From the NCBI RefSeq assembly GCF_000517425.1, contig NZ_CP006569.1:2508760-2532759 (forward strand): DNA of 24,000 nucleotides, read 5' to 3'. A program made the position numbers and the translations under genes. The notes below the pieces were generated by a model. It saw only the letters and a program-made list of their open reading frames with translations. It was not told where the DNA came from and did no database searches. The DNA is from Sodalis praecaptivus. GTDB taxonomy: Bacteria; Pseudomonadota; Gammaproteobacteria; Enterobacterales; Enterobacteriaceae. Below are positions 14,602 to 23,377 of the stretch, piece by piece. Each line of letters begins with the position of its first letter. Position 1 is the first letter of the stretch.

Positions 14602-15771
14602 CTAAGCCTGTGCCCGGGGGGAGTGCGCCCAAGGAATGTCGCGCACGATGTCGGCCGTCACAGCCGCCACATCGGTTCTGCCGCAAAAAGCCATCGACAG
14701 ATCCAACTCATTACGCAGAATAGTCAGCGCGGTAGTAACGCCGCGCTCACCCATCGCGCCAAGGCCGTACAACATGCTGCGCCCGATATAGGTGCCCTTT
14801 GCGCCTAATGCTAGCGCTTTCAGCACATCTTGCCCGGAGCGAATCCCGCCATCGAAATGCACTTCGGCCTGGCGGTTTACCGCCTCGACGATCGACGGTA
14901 GCATGGAAATCGACGAGGAGACGCCATCGAGCTGGCGACCGCCGTGGTTGGACACAATCACCGCATCCGCCCCCGCGGCCACCGCCAGCCGCGCGTCGTC
15001 AGGATCCATGATCCCTTTGACGATCACCTTGCCGCCCCACCGCTGTTTAATCCACTCAATATCGTGCCATGACAAGCCGGGATCGAACTGCTGCCGGGTC
15101 CATTCCACCATTGCATCAATATTATCCACGCCGCGGGCATGGCCGATAATATTGCCAAAATGACGATGCGGCGTGGCCAGCATTTGGCGGCACCACCGCG
15201 GTTTGCCGGCCATATTGAGCAAGTTGTGCAGCGTCAGTTTGGGGGGCGCCGTCAGCCCATTTTTTATGTCCTTATGCCGCTGGCCAAACACCTGCAAATC
15301 CAGGGTCACCACCAGCGCCCCGCAGTTGGCCGCTTTGGCGCGTTCAATTAAGTTGGCGACAAAGTGACGATCGCGCATCACATACAGCTGGAACCAAAAA
15401 GGATGAAACTGCGTGGCGCGCGCTACCGCTTCGATTGAGCAAATACTCATGGTCGAGAGTGTGAAAGGGATGCCGACGCTTTTCGCCGCGCGCGCGGCCA
15501 GGATCTCGCCATCAGCGTGTACCATGCCGGTCAGGCCGGTGGGCGCAATCGCTATCGGCATGGAAACGGCGTGCCCCACCATTGTGCTGGCGGTACTGCG
15601 CCGCGAAATATCTACCGCCACCCGCTGGCGAAATTCGAGACGCCGTAAATCGGCTTCGTTGGCCCGATAGCTATATTCCGTCCACGACCCGGCGTCGACA
15701 TAATCATAAAACATTTTTGGCACTCTTTTGCGCGCCAGCAAACGTAGCTCTTCAATACAGGTAATCGTCAC
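14602..15771 (-). CDS. FMN-dependent alpha-hydroxy-acid dehydrogenase/oxidase (LldD-like)
   Basis: 389 aa, collinear with my recollection of E. coli LldD (KMFYDYVDAGSWTEY, PFTLSTMS, WFQLY, IVSNHGGRQLDG, GIRSG.DV.KALALGA). The start codon is GTG (15769-15771), with GGAG upstream. Confidence 0.9.
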   Translation of the reverse strand: MTITCIEELRLLARKRVPKMFYDYVDAGSWTEYSYRANEADLRRLEFRQRVAVDISRRSTASTMVGHAVSMPIAIAPTGLTGMVHADGEILAARAAKSVGIPFTLSTMSICSIEAVARATQFHPFWFQLYVMRDRHFVANLIERAKAANCGALVVTLDLQVFGQRHKDIKNGLTAPPKLTLHNLLNMAGKPRWCRQMLATPHRHFGNIIGHARGVDNIDAMVEWTRQQFDPGLSWHDIEWIKQRWGGKVIVKGIMDPDDARLAVAAGADAVIVSNHGGRQLDGVSSSISMLPSIVEAVNRQAEVHFDGGIRSGQDVLKALALGAKGTYIGRSMLYGLGAMGERGVTTALTILRNELDLSMAFCGRTDVAAVTADIVRDIPWAHSPRAQA

Positions 15772-15855
15772 TGATGCTACTCCGGCCCTTTACGCGACAG
15801 GCGGAAAATATAACCTTTTCCCGTTGGCACTTTCATCAAAGTAAATAGAGAAAAT

Positions 15856-17106
15856 TCACGGCTTACTGTAGTCGTTATAGGCCTGCTGCAACGCTATATG
15901 GTCCGCAATATATTTTGCATCATGCCATACACCATAAATAAACGACGACGCTCGGTTCACCAGATTCGGCAGTCCCAGGAAATAAATACCGCGTTCAGCG
16001 GAAATGCCGCGTTTGTGGAAGGGCAAGCCTTTTTCATCGAAAGCGTCAACCTTGAGCCAGCTGAAATCAAATTGAAAGCCCGTCGCCCAAATAATCGTGG
16101 TAATTCCCGCAGCAGTCAGATTCAGCTCAGACAGGGGGTTAATCAAACATGCCGGATCCGGCAGTAAATCCCACGCTTCTGGCTCTGGCGGTAAATCCAG
16201 GCCGTTACGTTCAATATACGCATCCGCATCGCGCAACACATCAAAATAGGCTTTGTCGCCGTCCTCGATATTGTCCCGGAGACCTTCAGCAAAGCGTATC
16301 ACGCCATCGTTCCAGCTTTGCGTGATCCCCACCAAGGTGATGCCCATGTGCGCCAGACGGCGAAAATCAACGGTTTTACCGCCTTCATAGCCGCTTACCG
16401 CAAAAGCGACATGCGCCTTCTTCGGTTTGATTTTGACTTCATCCCACAACCCTAACGCCCCGAGCCACCAGCAATAATCGCGATCGCGATAAGAGCGCGG
16501 GGGGCGGTAATGTTCTCCCACCGACAGAAAGACTTCGCGGCCAGACTTTCTCAACTCTTCAGCGATTTGCGTACCGGATGCCCCGGCGCCGACCACTAAC
16601 ACGCCCCCCGCCGCCAGCTGCTGCGGGTTCTTATAGACGCTAGAGTGAATCTGATGCACCCCGCTCGCCGCCGGTACGATGTGCGGGAAAGCGGCCTTTT
16701 GGAATGGCCCGGTCGCCGCCACCACGTTATCGGCTTCAAACTCGCCCGCTGAGGTGGTGATCTTGAAACCACGGCGGCCGGCCAGACGCTCCACCCGCTG
16801 CACGTCCACGCCGGTACGAATGGGCGCCGCGAGCATCCTGGCGTAATCCTCAAAATATTGCGCCATCCGTTCTTTCGCAGGAAAGGTTTCTTGGGGAATG
16901 TTATCGAACTTGAGCGACGGAAAGCGATCGTGCCACGCGGGTCCGTTGGCCACCAAGGAATCCCAGCGTTCCGAACGCCAGCGTTCAGCTATGCGGCTGC
17001 GCTCCAAGACAATATGGTCCACGCCCATTAATGCCAAGTGTTCGCTCATCGCAATACCCGCCTGACCGGCACCCACTATTACGGTATTCATTTTTTCTAA
17101 TGACAT
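15856..17106 (-). CDS. Flavin-containing monooxygenase-like NAD(P)/FAD-dependent oxidoreductase (COG2072 type)
   Basis: 416 aa. Two dinucleotide-binding motifs are present: VIVGAGQAG near the N-terminus and VVGAGASG mid-protein. The GC content is visibly lower than in neighbouring genes. Confidence 0.85.
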   Translation of the reverse strand: MSLEKMNTVIVGAGQAGIAMSEHLALMGVDHIVLERSRIAERWRSERWDSLVANGPAWHDRFPSLKFDNIPQETFPAKERMAQYFEDYARMLAAPIRTGVDVQRVERLAGRRGFKITTSAGEFEADNVVAATGPFQKAAFPHIVPAASGVHQIHSSVYKNPQQLAAGGVLVVGAGASGTQIAEELRKSGREVFLSVGEHYRPPRSYRDRDYCWWLGALGLWDEVKIKPKKAHVAFAVSGYEGGKTVDFRRLAHMGITLVGITQSWNDGVIRFAEGLRDNIEDGDKAYFDVLRDADAYIERNGLDLPPEPEAWDLLPDPACLINPLSELNLTAAGITTIIWATGFQFDFSWLKVDAFDEKGLPFHKRGISAERGIYFLGLPNLVNRASSFIYGVWHDAKYIADHIALQQAYNDYSKP

Positions 17107-17232
17107 GTGACATCCCTAAAGTTTATCGACATTGATCTTTTTCACTGCTGAGGATCATCAGGTTGCGTGTTAAAGATAATTCGGTTTCGCTGATGGCATT
17201 GATCGGGTCAATGGCCAATATGTGGCAAACCC

Positions 17233-18051
17233 CTAGTGCCCGCGATCGCTGTGCATTATTTTCCCCAAGCCTAAATATCTATTGGCAATAATTAGAATCA
17301 CGGCGGTCACGACGATATAAATTACCGAAAGCGCAGCCAGGGTAGGATCGGCAAATTCACGCACGTAGTTGTACATCGCCACGGGTAAAGTCTGTGTCGC
17401 TTGCGTGGTAATAAACAGCGAGGCGGTGAATTCGTTAAAGGAGAGAATGGCCGCAAACAGCCACCCGCCCAACAGCCCGGGTAAAATCAGCGGCACGGTG
17501 ATAGTCCACACGACGCGCAAGGGCGAAGCGCCGAGGCTGGCGGCCGCCAATTCAATGCGCTGCTCCAGGTTTTGTAACGATACATAGACGCTTTGCAGCA
17601 CAAACGGCAGCATCAGCACGATGTGGCAAAAGATAACCAAGGGATACCCACGGCCGAGATGTAACTGCGACACCAGCATCAGCAGGCCCAGCCCAATGGT
17701 AAAATGGGGAATAAACAGCGGCGACAGCAGCACCCCTTCCAGCACCCGTTTGCAGGGGAAGGCATAACGCTCAATGGCAATCGCCAGCGTGGTGCCGATG
17801 ATTGCCGCCAGCGTTGATGCCCAGGCGGTAACGGTCAGCCCGGAGAAAAGGCCGTGGCGGAAATCAGCGTAATTCACCGCGCGCGTAAACCAGCGCAGCG
17901 ACCAGCTCTTGGGCGGGAAAAACAGCACCGACGTGCCGCTAAAAGCGGAAATAAACACCACCACGGTGGGCAGCAGCACGAAAATCAGAATGGCCGCCAC
18001 CAGCAGGCGCCCGGCCAGGGTAATCAATCTATCGTTTAATGAACGGGTCAT
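17233..18051 (-). CDS. ABC transporter permease (PotC/PotI-like)
   Basis: Started at ATG 18051 (MTRSLNDRL...), 1 nt after the upstream stop. Six predicted TM segments. EAA-loop motif ELAAASLGASPLRVVWTITVPLILPGL. Confidence 0.9.
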   Translation of the reverse strand: MTRSLNDRLITLAGRLLVAAILIFVLLPTVVVFISAFSGTSVLFFPPKSWSLRWFTRAVNYADFRHGLFSGLTVTAWASTLAAIIGTTLAIAIERYAFPCKRVLEGVLLSPLFIPHFTIGLGLLMLVSQLHLGRGYPLVIFCHIVLMLPFVLQSVYVSLQNLEQRIELAAASLGASPLRVVWTITVPLILPGLLGGWLFAAILSFNEFTASLFITTQATQTLPVAMYNYVREFADPTLAALSVIYIVVTAVILIIANRYLGLGKIMHSDRGH

Positions 18052-18052
18052 C

Positions 18053-18907
18053 TTACTGCTCCCCCAACGCGCGCAAGACACGGGTCATGCGTTTGATGGC
18101 CATCAGCAGCACCACCGTCAGGATTAGGCCGGCGATGCTCAGCGCGGCGGCAAACGGGAAGTTCATGGACGAAAATCCCAGTTGATAAACAAGCGTTGCC
18201 ACCGTACTGACGCGACCGCCGCCAATAAGCTGGGGCGTGGCGAAGGCGCTAAACGTCCAGGCAAAAGCGGTAGCCAAGCTTGAGACAATGCCTGGAATCG
18301 ACAGCGGGATCGTGACCGTCAAAAGCGTGCGTATCGGGCCTGCGCCCAGACTGGTCGCGGCTTTTTCATAGTCCGGGTCGATATGGGACAGCGCGGCGGC
18401 CAGCATCAGGACCATGATAGGCATGGTGACATGGACCAGCGCGACCACGACACCTATCTGCGTGAACATAAACTGGAACGGGGTGTGAATAATGCCGAGC
18501 CCCAACAGCAGGCTATTCAGAAAGCCGCTGTTGCCCAGCACGATAATCCACGAATAGGTGCGCACCACTTCCCCAAGAAAAAGCGGCGAGATGGCGATAA
18601 TCATGATGGTGGATTTCATCAGGGTGGTGCGGGCGCGAATGAAACCATACGCCAGCGGATAGCTCATCAGAAGGCCAAATACCGCCGTTTTTGCGCTCAG
18701 CGCCACCGTGGTCATAAAGGCCTCGGCATAAAGGGATTTAAACAGGCCAGTGAAGTTAGCCAAGGTCAATCCGCCCACGTCCAGCGAACCCGGGATATAG
18801 GCCCGCACGCTGAATTGCATCACGGCGAACATGGCCACAATCAGCCCAAGCGCGGTCAGCGCGGCGGGAATAATGAACCAGGGTAGAAATGCCGGATTTC
18901 TTGTCAT
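18053..18907 (-). CDS. ABC transporter permease (PotB/PotH-like)
   Basis: EAA loop YEKAATSLGAGPIRTLLTVTIPLSIPGI. The start is placed at ATG 18907 (MTRNPAFLPWFII...), with GAGG upstream. In-frame alternatives at 18946 and 18973 have poorer RBS geometry. Confidence 0.8.
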   Translation of the reverse strand: MTRNPAFLPWFIIPAALTALGLIVAMFAVMQFSVRAYIPGSLDVGGLTLANFTGLFKSLYAEAFMTTVALSAKTAVFGLLMSYPLAYGFIRARTTLMKSTIMIIAISPLFLGEVVRTYSWIIVLGNSGFLNSLLLGLGIIHTPFQFMFTQIGVVVALVHVTMPIMVLMLAAALSHIDPDYEKAATSLGAGPIRTLLTVTIPLSIPGIVSSLATAFAWTFSAFATPQLIGGGRVSTVATLVYQLGFSSMNFPFAAALSIAGLILTVVLLMAIKRMTRVLRALGEQ

Positions 18908-18978
18908 CAACGAAGCTACCTCAATTAATCTGTCGCGGCCCGCCATCGCGCGCGGGCGGCTAAGGCCGACCATGCCTC

Positions 18979-20010
18979 TTAATGGGACATGATGTTTTCC
19001 GAAAACCATTGGCGCCATTCCGCCGTTTTTTCAGCACGCAGTTGCGGGTCGGTATTGATAGTGGCATCCCATTGGGCGGCGGTGGTCAACATGCCCGGCA
19101 GTTTCGCCAGTTCCGGGTCGATATGCGCGTTGTTCACCGTGGGACTACCGCGGTAGATTTTCGCCACCTGTTCTTGGATCTCCGGCTTGAGGGCGATATT
19201 GATAAACCGGTAGGCCAGCTCGGCACGGGGGCTGCCTTTATTGATAGCGACAGTGTCCACGCCGAGGATGGCTCCCTCTTTCGGCACGGCAAGCTTAATG
19301 TCAACGCCTTCCGCCATCATGCTATAGGCGTTCATCGACAACATCACTTGTACCGGCGTTTCCCCGGTCGAGATCAGCTGCTGACTATTGGCGTCATTGG
19401 TATAAAAGGATTTAATGTTGGGAATCAACGCTTTCAATTTTTCTTGGCCTTGTTGCCAATGCGCGGCATCGGCGCCAGAGAGTTTCGCCGCCACGGCGAT
19501 AATATGGCTCGGATCCCAATCCGGTAGCGCCAGCGTGCCCTTGAGTTCGGGTTTCCACAGATCATTCCAACTGCCGAAGGTTTCGCCCTTTGGCACCAAA
19601 TCGGGACGATAGCCGATGGTGTAAACGTAGCCCCACACGCCAAGGTGATACGGACTGACTTTGGCCTGCTGCACCAAATTGGCCCCGTTGGGGATTTTAG
19701 TCATATCCAGTTTTTCAAACAGGCCGCTATTGGCATACAAGTAGCCGACATGTGCAGTGGTAAAGGTAACGTCGCTTTCCGGTGATGGGCCCGCCAGTTT
19801 GGCTTTATTCAACCGGTCTATGGTGCCCCCGGTGACAAACTGCACCTCCGCGCCGGTTTCTTTGGTGAATTCCTTGGCAATGGTTTCATCAATCAGATCT
19901 TTAAAACTGCCGCCCCAGGTGCTGACGATCAATTTATCCGCGGCCTGGGTATTGCCTGCACTAGCAACACTTGCCGTCAACAAGGTTAACGCCCAAATCT
20001 TACGCAACAT
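18979..20010 (-). CDS. ABC transporter periplasmic substrate-binding protein (PotD/PotF polyamine-type family)
   Basis: Started at ATG 20010 with a GGGAG RBS. Signal peptide MLRKIWALTLLTASVASAGNTQA|AD. LIVSTWGGSF... is typical of the family. Confidence 0.9.
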   Translation of the reverse strand: MLRKIWALTLLTASVASAGNTQAADKLIVSTWGGSFKDLIDETIAKEFTKETGAEVQFVTGGTIDRLNKAKLAGPSPESDVTFTTAHVGYLYANSGLFEKLDMTKIPNGANLVQQAKVSPYHLGVWGYVYTIGYRPDLVPKGETFGSWNDLWKPELKGTLALPDWDPSHIIAVAAKLSGADAAHWQQGQEKLKALIPNIKSFYTNDANSQQLISTGETPVQVMLSMNAYSMMAEGVDIKLAVPKEGAILGVDTVAINKGSPRAELAYRFINIALKPEIQEQVAKIYRGSPTVNNAHIDPELAKLPGMLTTAAQWDATINTDPQLRAEKTAEWRQWFSENIMSH

Positions 20011-20375
20011 ATTCTCATCTCCCATAAATGAAACGGCTGACGCAAATGCATCCCTCCCCCGCCGGCTTGCGCCGCGCCAAAGCACGGCGTAAGCGGAAGC
20101 TTTGCATGGAGGGGATTCTGCCGTTGCGGCGCCAGGGGGTAAAACAGTATTTCCCTCGCTCTTGCGTCGGAATTTCTGATGCTAAAAACACGCCGCGACA
20201 TCAAGGTTTTTTCAGCGTTGGGTTAAACGCGATATCTTGGCGGCGGTGAATCCCTCTGCGGCGAATGATGCGAGAATGTTATTGTGCGGTTTTCGGCATG
20301 ATAAATGCATGTTAATCGACACTTGCAAAATGACTGGCGCGACACGAGCGCGTCAGCGCTATCGGGAGAACCTGC

Positions 20376-21338
20376 ATGCTCAGTCGCATCACTCAGCGTC
20401 AGCTGGAATATTTTGTCGCTTCCGGGGAAGCGGGCAGCATCATCGGCGCATCGGAACGCATTCACGTATCATCGCCGTCGATTTCCGCCGCCATTACCCA
20501 TATCGAATCCGAACTCGGCGTCCAGCTGTTTGTACGCCACCATGCGCAAGGCGTGTCGCTCACCGCTATCGGCCATCAGGTACTCAAAGAGGCCAAGCTG
20601 ATTTTGGAGCAAATGTCGAACCTGTACACCATTGCGTCGGAATCGCTGAATAACGTGCGCGGTCCGCTGCGCGTTGGCTGTCTTGATACCTTGGCGCCAA
20701 TGTTGACGCCGGAGCTGGTCTTCGGCTTTGGCCGCTCCTTTCCCGGCGTGCGTATCACGTTGGTCGAGGGCAATCATGAACAATTGCTAAAACAGTTGCG
20801 CTCGGCCGATATCGACATCGCGCTGACCTATGATCTGGTCCCCGCCAGCGATATTGCTTTTGCCTCTTTGGCGCAGTTGCCGCCGTATTTGATGGTCGGC
20901 GAGCATCATCCCCTCGCCACGCAATCGGCGGTGACGCTCCAGGATTTGGCCGATTTGCCGATGGTGCTGCTGGATATCCCGTGGAGCCGCGAATACTTTC
21001 TCGGCCTGTTTAGCGAAGCGGGCGTGGCGCCCAATATCGTGATGCGTTCAAGCAATTTGGAGGTGGTACGCGCCATGGTGGCGAACGGCGTCGGTTTTGG
21101 CATCGCCAACGTGCGGCCGAAAGCCAATTTGTCCCAGGATGGTAAACGCGTGATACGTGTCCGCCTGGCCGGGGTCAATAAGCCCATGCAGTTGGGTTAT
21201 GCCACCGTGGCGCACGTCCAGCATTCGATGGTGGTAAATGCCTTCGCGGAACGCTGCCGCATGTTTATCTCGAACCAGTATATTCCCGGTATGGCGGCGC
21301 CAAGCTATTTTGATCCGCAAGTGGTGAAGGTGGCGTAA
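20376..21338 (+). CDS. LysR-family transcriptional regulator
   Basis: 320 aa. N-terminal HTH ITQRQLEYFVASGEAGSIIGASERIHVSSPSISAAITHIESELGVQLFVR, followed by a LysR substrate-binding domain. It is divergent from the ABC operon. Confidence 0.95.
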   Translation: MLSRITQRQLEYFVASGEAGSIIGASERIHVSSPSISAAITHIESELGVQLFVRHHAQGVSLTAIGHQVLKEAKLILEQMSNLYTIASESLNNVRGPLRVGCLDTLAPMLTPELVFGFGRSFPGVRITLVEGNHEQLLKQLRSADIDIALTYDLVPASDIAFASLAQLPPYLMVGEHHPLATQSAVTLQDLADLPMVLLDIPWSREYFLGLFSEAGVAPNIVMRSSNLEVVRAMVANGVGFGIANVRPKANLSQDGKRVIRVRLAGVNKPMQLGYATVAHVQHSMVVNAFAERCRMFISNQYIPGMAAPSYFDPQVVKVA

Positions 21339-21374
21339 TCCGCGGATTGCTCCTCTGATTATCGCGGCGCTGGG

Positions 21375-22304
21375 TTAATACCCGCGCTGCGGCAACACCT
21401 GATTGACCACCGCCTCACCGCGCGCAACGCGCTGGATATTGTCAGCCACCTGACGCGCGGCGGAAGCGGGATTCGCCACCGAGGCCAAATGCGGCGTAAT
21501 AAGCACATTTTCCATTCCCCAGAGGGGATCGTCCGGCGGCAGAGGCTCGCTGTCGAACACGTCCAAGGTGGCTTCGGCGATCCGGCCGTGGCTTAAGGCC
21601 TGCGTCAGCGCCGTTTGGTCGACAATCGCCCCGCGCGAGACATTGATAAACGCACAACCTTGGGGCAATTGCGCCAGCCTGTCGGCGCTCAGCAACCCTT
21701 GCGTTTGCGGGGTCAAGGGCAACATCACCACCAAAATGTCGCTGTTTGCAAGGAAATCCCCCAGCGCCGGCAAGCCACTGTGGCATAAAATACCCGTCAG
21801 GTGTTTTTGCGAACGCGACCAACCGCGCACATCAAAGCCCTGGCGCGCCAATTCCAATGCCGCATGGGCCCCGAGCTCCCCTAACCCCAGCACGCCCACG
21901 CGAACGCTATGCGGCGGGCGCGGATGCAAATAATGCCAGCGACGGGCACGCTGCGCGCGTTCAAACGCGGGGATATCGCGCGCATAACGGAGTACCGCGA
22001 ACAGCACGTAACCCGCCATCATGCGCGCCATATCCGGATCGGAGAGACGGATAATGGGGATATCGGGAAGATCGTCACGCCCCAGGAGCGAATCGACGCC
22101 GGCGCCGAGATTGACCAGCAGTTTTAAGTTGCGATAAGGGGCGAAAAAGCCGTGGGGCGGTCTCCACACCAACGCATAATGCACCGTGTCGACATGTTGC
22201 ACGTCTTGCGCGCGACAAAGCGCGACCCCCGGTAGATGCGGTTGCAGCAGCGCCGACCACGCCTCGAAACTGTCGTACTCGCTATAGAACACTAATGTGC
22301 TCAT
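21375..22304 (-). CDS. ghrA: D-2-hydroxyacid dehydrogenase, glyoxylate/hydroxypyruvate reductase A-like
   Basis: 309 aa, collinear with my recollection of E. coli GhrA/YcdW (YALVW.PP, LGAGVDS, GVLGLGELG, NLLP.TP.T.G, DVF..EPLP...PLW, ITPH.A, ...RGY C-terminus). Its ATG overlaps the aroQ stop (ATGA at 22301-22304). Confidence 0.85.
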   Translation of the reverse strand: MSTLVFYSEYDSFEAWSALLQPHLPGVALCRAQDVQHVDTVHYALVWRPPHGFFAPYRNLKLLVNLGAGVDSLLGRDDLPDIPIIRLSDPDMARMMAGYVLFAVLRYARDIPAFERAQRARRWHYLHPRPPHSVRVGVLGLGELGAHAALELARQGFDVRGWSRSQKHLTGILCHSGLPALGDFLANSDILVVMLPLTPQTQGLLSADRLAQLPQGCAFINVSRGAIVDQTALTQALSHGRIAEATLDVFDSEPLPPDDPLWGMENVLITPHLASVANPASAARQVADNIQRVARGEAVVNQVLPQRGY

Positions 22305-22750
22305 GACGCTTTCGCCTGGATCAGCGCGACGATCGCCTCAATGGCCAATTCGTACCCCAGTACGCCAAGCCCGGCGATCACCCCGGTGGCGGCTTTTGAC
22401 ACCATCGAATGGTGCCGGAACGGTTCGCGCTGCCAGATGTTGCTCATATGCGCTTCGATTATCGGCCCGTCATACATCAGCAAACCATCCAGAATGGGGA
22501 CGGAGCTGTAGGTTAACCCGGCGGCATTGATTATCAGCCCATCGGCCTGCTGGCGCGCCTCTTGGATCCAGTCAACGATGACGCCTTCATGATTACTTTG
22601 GCGAAATTGCAGTTCGACGCCCAAGGCCTGCGCGCGACGCTGGCAGCGCTCGCCAATGCTGGCAAAGCTTTCACGACCATAGGTTCCGCCCTTGTCCATG
22701 CCGTACAGGTTAGCGTTGGGACCATTGAGGAAAAAAATCTGTGATGACAT
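22301..22750 (-). CDS. aroQ: Type II 3-dehydroquinate dehydratase
   Basis: 149 aa. Signature motifs FLNGPNANLYG, RQSNHEG, IINAAGLTYSSV and EAHMSNIWQREPFRHHS. A GGGAGAT RBS is present. Confidence 0.95.
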   Translation of the reverse strand: MSSQIFFLNGPNANLYGMDKGGTYGRESFASIGERCQRRAQALGVELQFRQSNHEGVIVDWIQEARQQADGLIINAAGLTYSSVPILDGLLMYDGPIIEAHMSNIWQREPFRHHSMVSKAATGVIAGLGVLGYELAIEAIVALIQAKAS

Positions 22751-22762
22751 AGGATCTCCCGA

Positions 22763-23377
22763 TTACGCGTGCGGATGTGTGGCCGCCATCGCGGGATGGG
22801 CAGCGAACCTGGCGAACCAGGCGGCGGTCAAGGGATAGGCTTTGCGCCAGTTGAGATCGGCGAAACGAAAATCGAGATAGCCGAGGCCGCAACCCAGGGT
22901 GATAAGCCCGATCTCTTCGGGCTCAGTGTTAAACTGCGCAGCGTGGCGCTCTATTTCCGCAAGCGTGGCGGCCACTTTCGTTAGCTGCGCGTCAGCCCAC
23001 GGTGACCACTGCCTGTCGGCCGGACGCGCGCTGTATTCGTAACGCGCAAGCAATGCGGCATCGAGCAGCCCGTCCCCCAACGCCTGACGCGTCAGGCATC
23101 GCCAGCGCGCGTCACCGGCTGGGGGAAACAGCGTGCCGTGGGCATAGGCATTGAGGTATTCACAAATCACCCGGCTGTCATACAGGCACAAACCGGCCGC
23201 GGTGCGCAGTGCCGGGACTTTCGCCAGGGGATTAAAGGCGGCAATGCGCTCATCGCGTTCAATGGGATGCGCCGCGCAATCAAGCCACTCAATGTCTTGC
23301 GCCAGCCCAAGACAATGGGCGGTGACCATGACTTTACGCACATAGGGGGACGTGCTGGCGTAATAGAGCTGCATCAT
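22763..23377 (-). CDS. Glutathione S-transferase family protein
   Basis: Started at ATG 23377 (MMQLYYASTSPYVRKV...), with GGAG 8 nt upstream and an ATGA overlap with the qor stop. GST N-domain motifs NPLAKVPAL and YDSRVICEYL. The track extension to 23542 lies inside the upstream gene. Confidence 0.85.
   Translation of the reverse strand: MMQLYYASTSPYVRKVMVTAHCLGLAQDIEWLDCAAHPIERDERIAAFNPLAKVPALRTAAGLCLYDSRVICEYLNAYAHGTLFPPAGDARWRCLTRQALGDGLLDAALLARYEYSARPADRQWSPWADAQLTKVAATLAEIERHAAQFNTEPEEIGLITLGCGLGYLDFRFADLNWRKAYPLTAAWFARFAAHPAMAATHPHA

Noticed and set aside
14277-14723. ORFs across the tandem repeat: 14277-14723(+), 14309-14536(+), 14132-14362(-) and 14266-14448(-).
   Set aside because: Their apparent length comes from GC-rich repeats without stops. 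The 43/44-bp period shifts frame every unit, there is no RBS, and the composition is Pro/Arg/Ala-rich.
15803-15821. The hairpin GGAAAA-tataacc-TTTTCC downstream of the monooxygenase gene as an intrinsic terminator.
   Set aside because: The stem is a weak 6-bp A/T-rich one, and no U-tract follows on the transcribed strand.
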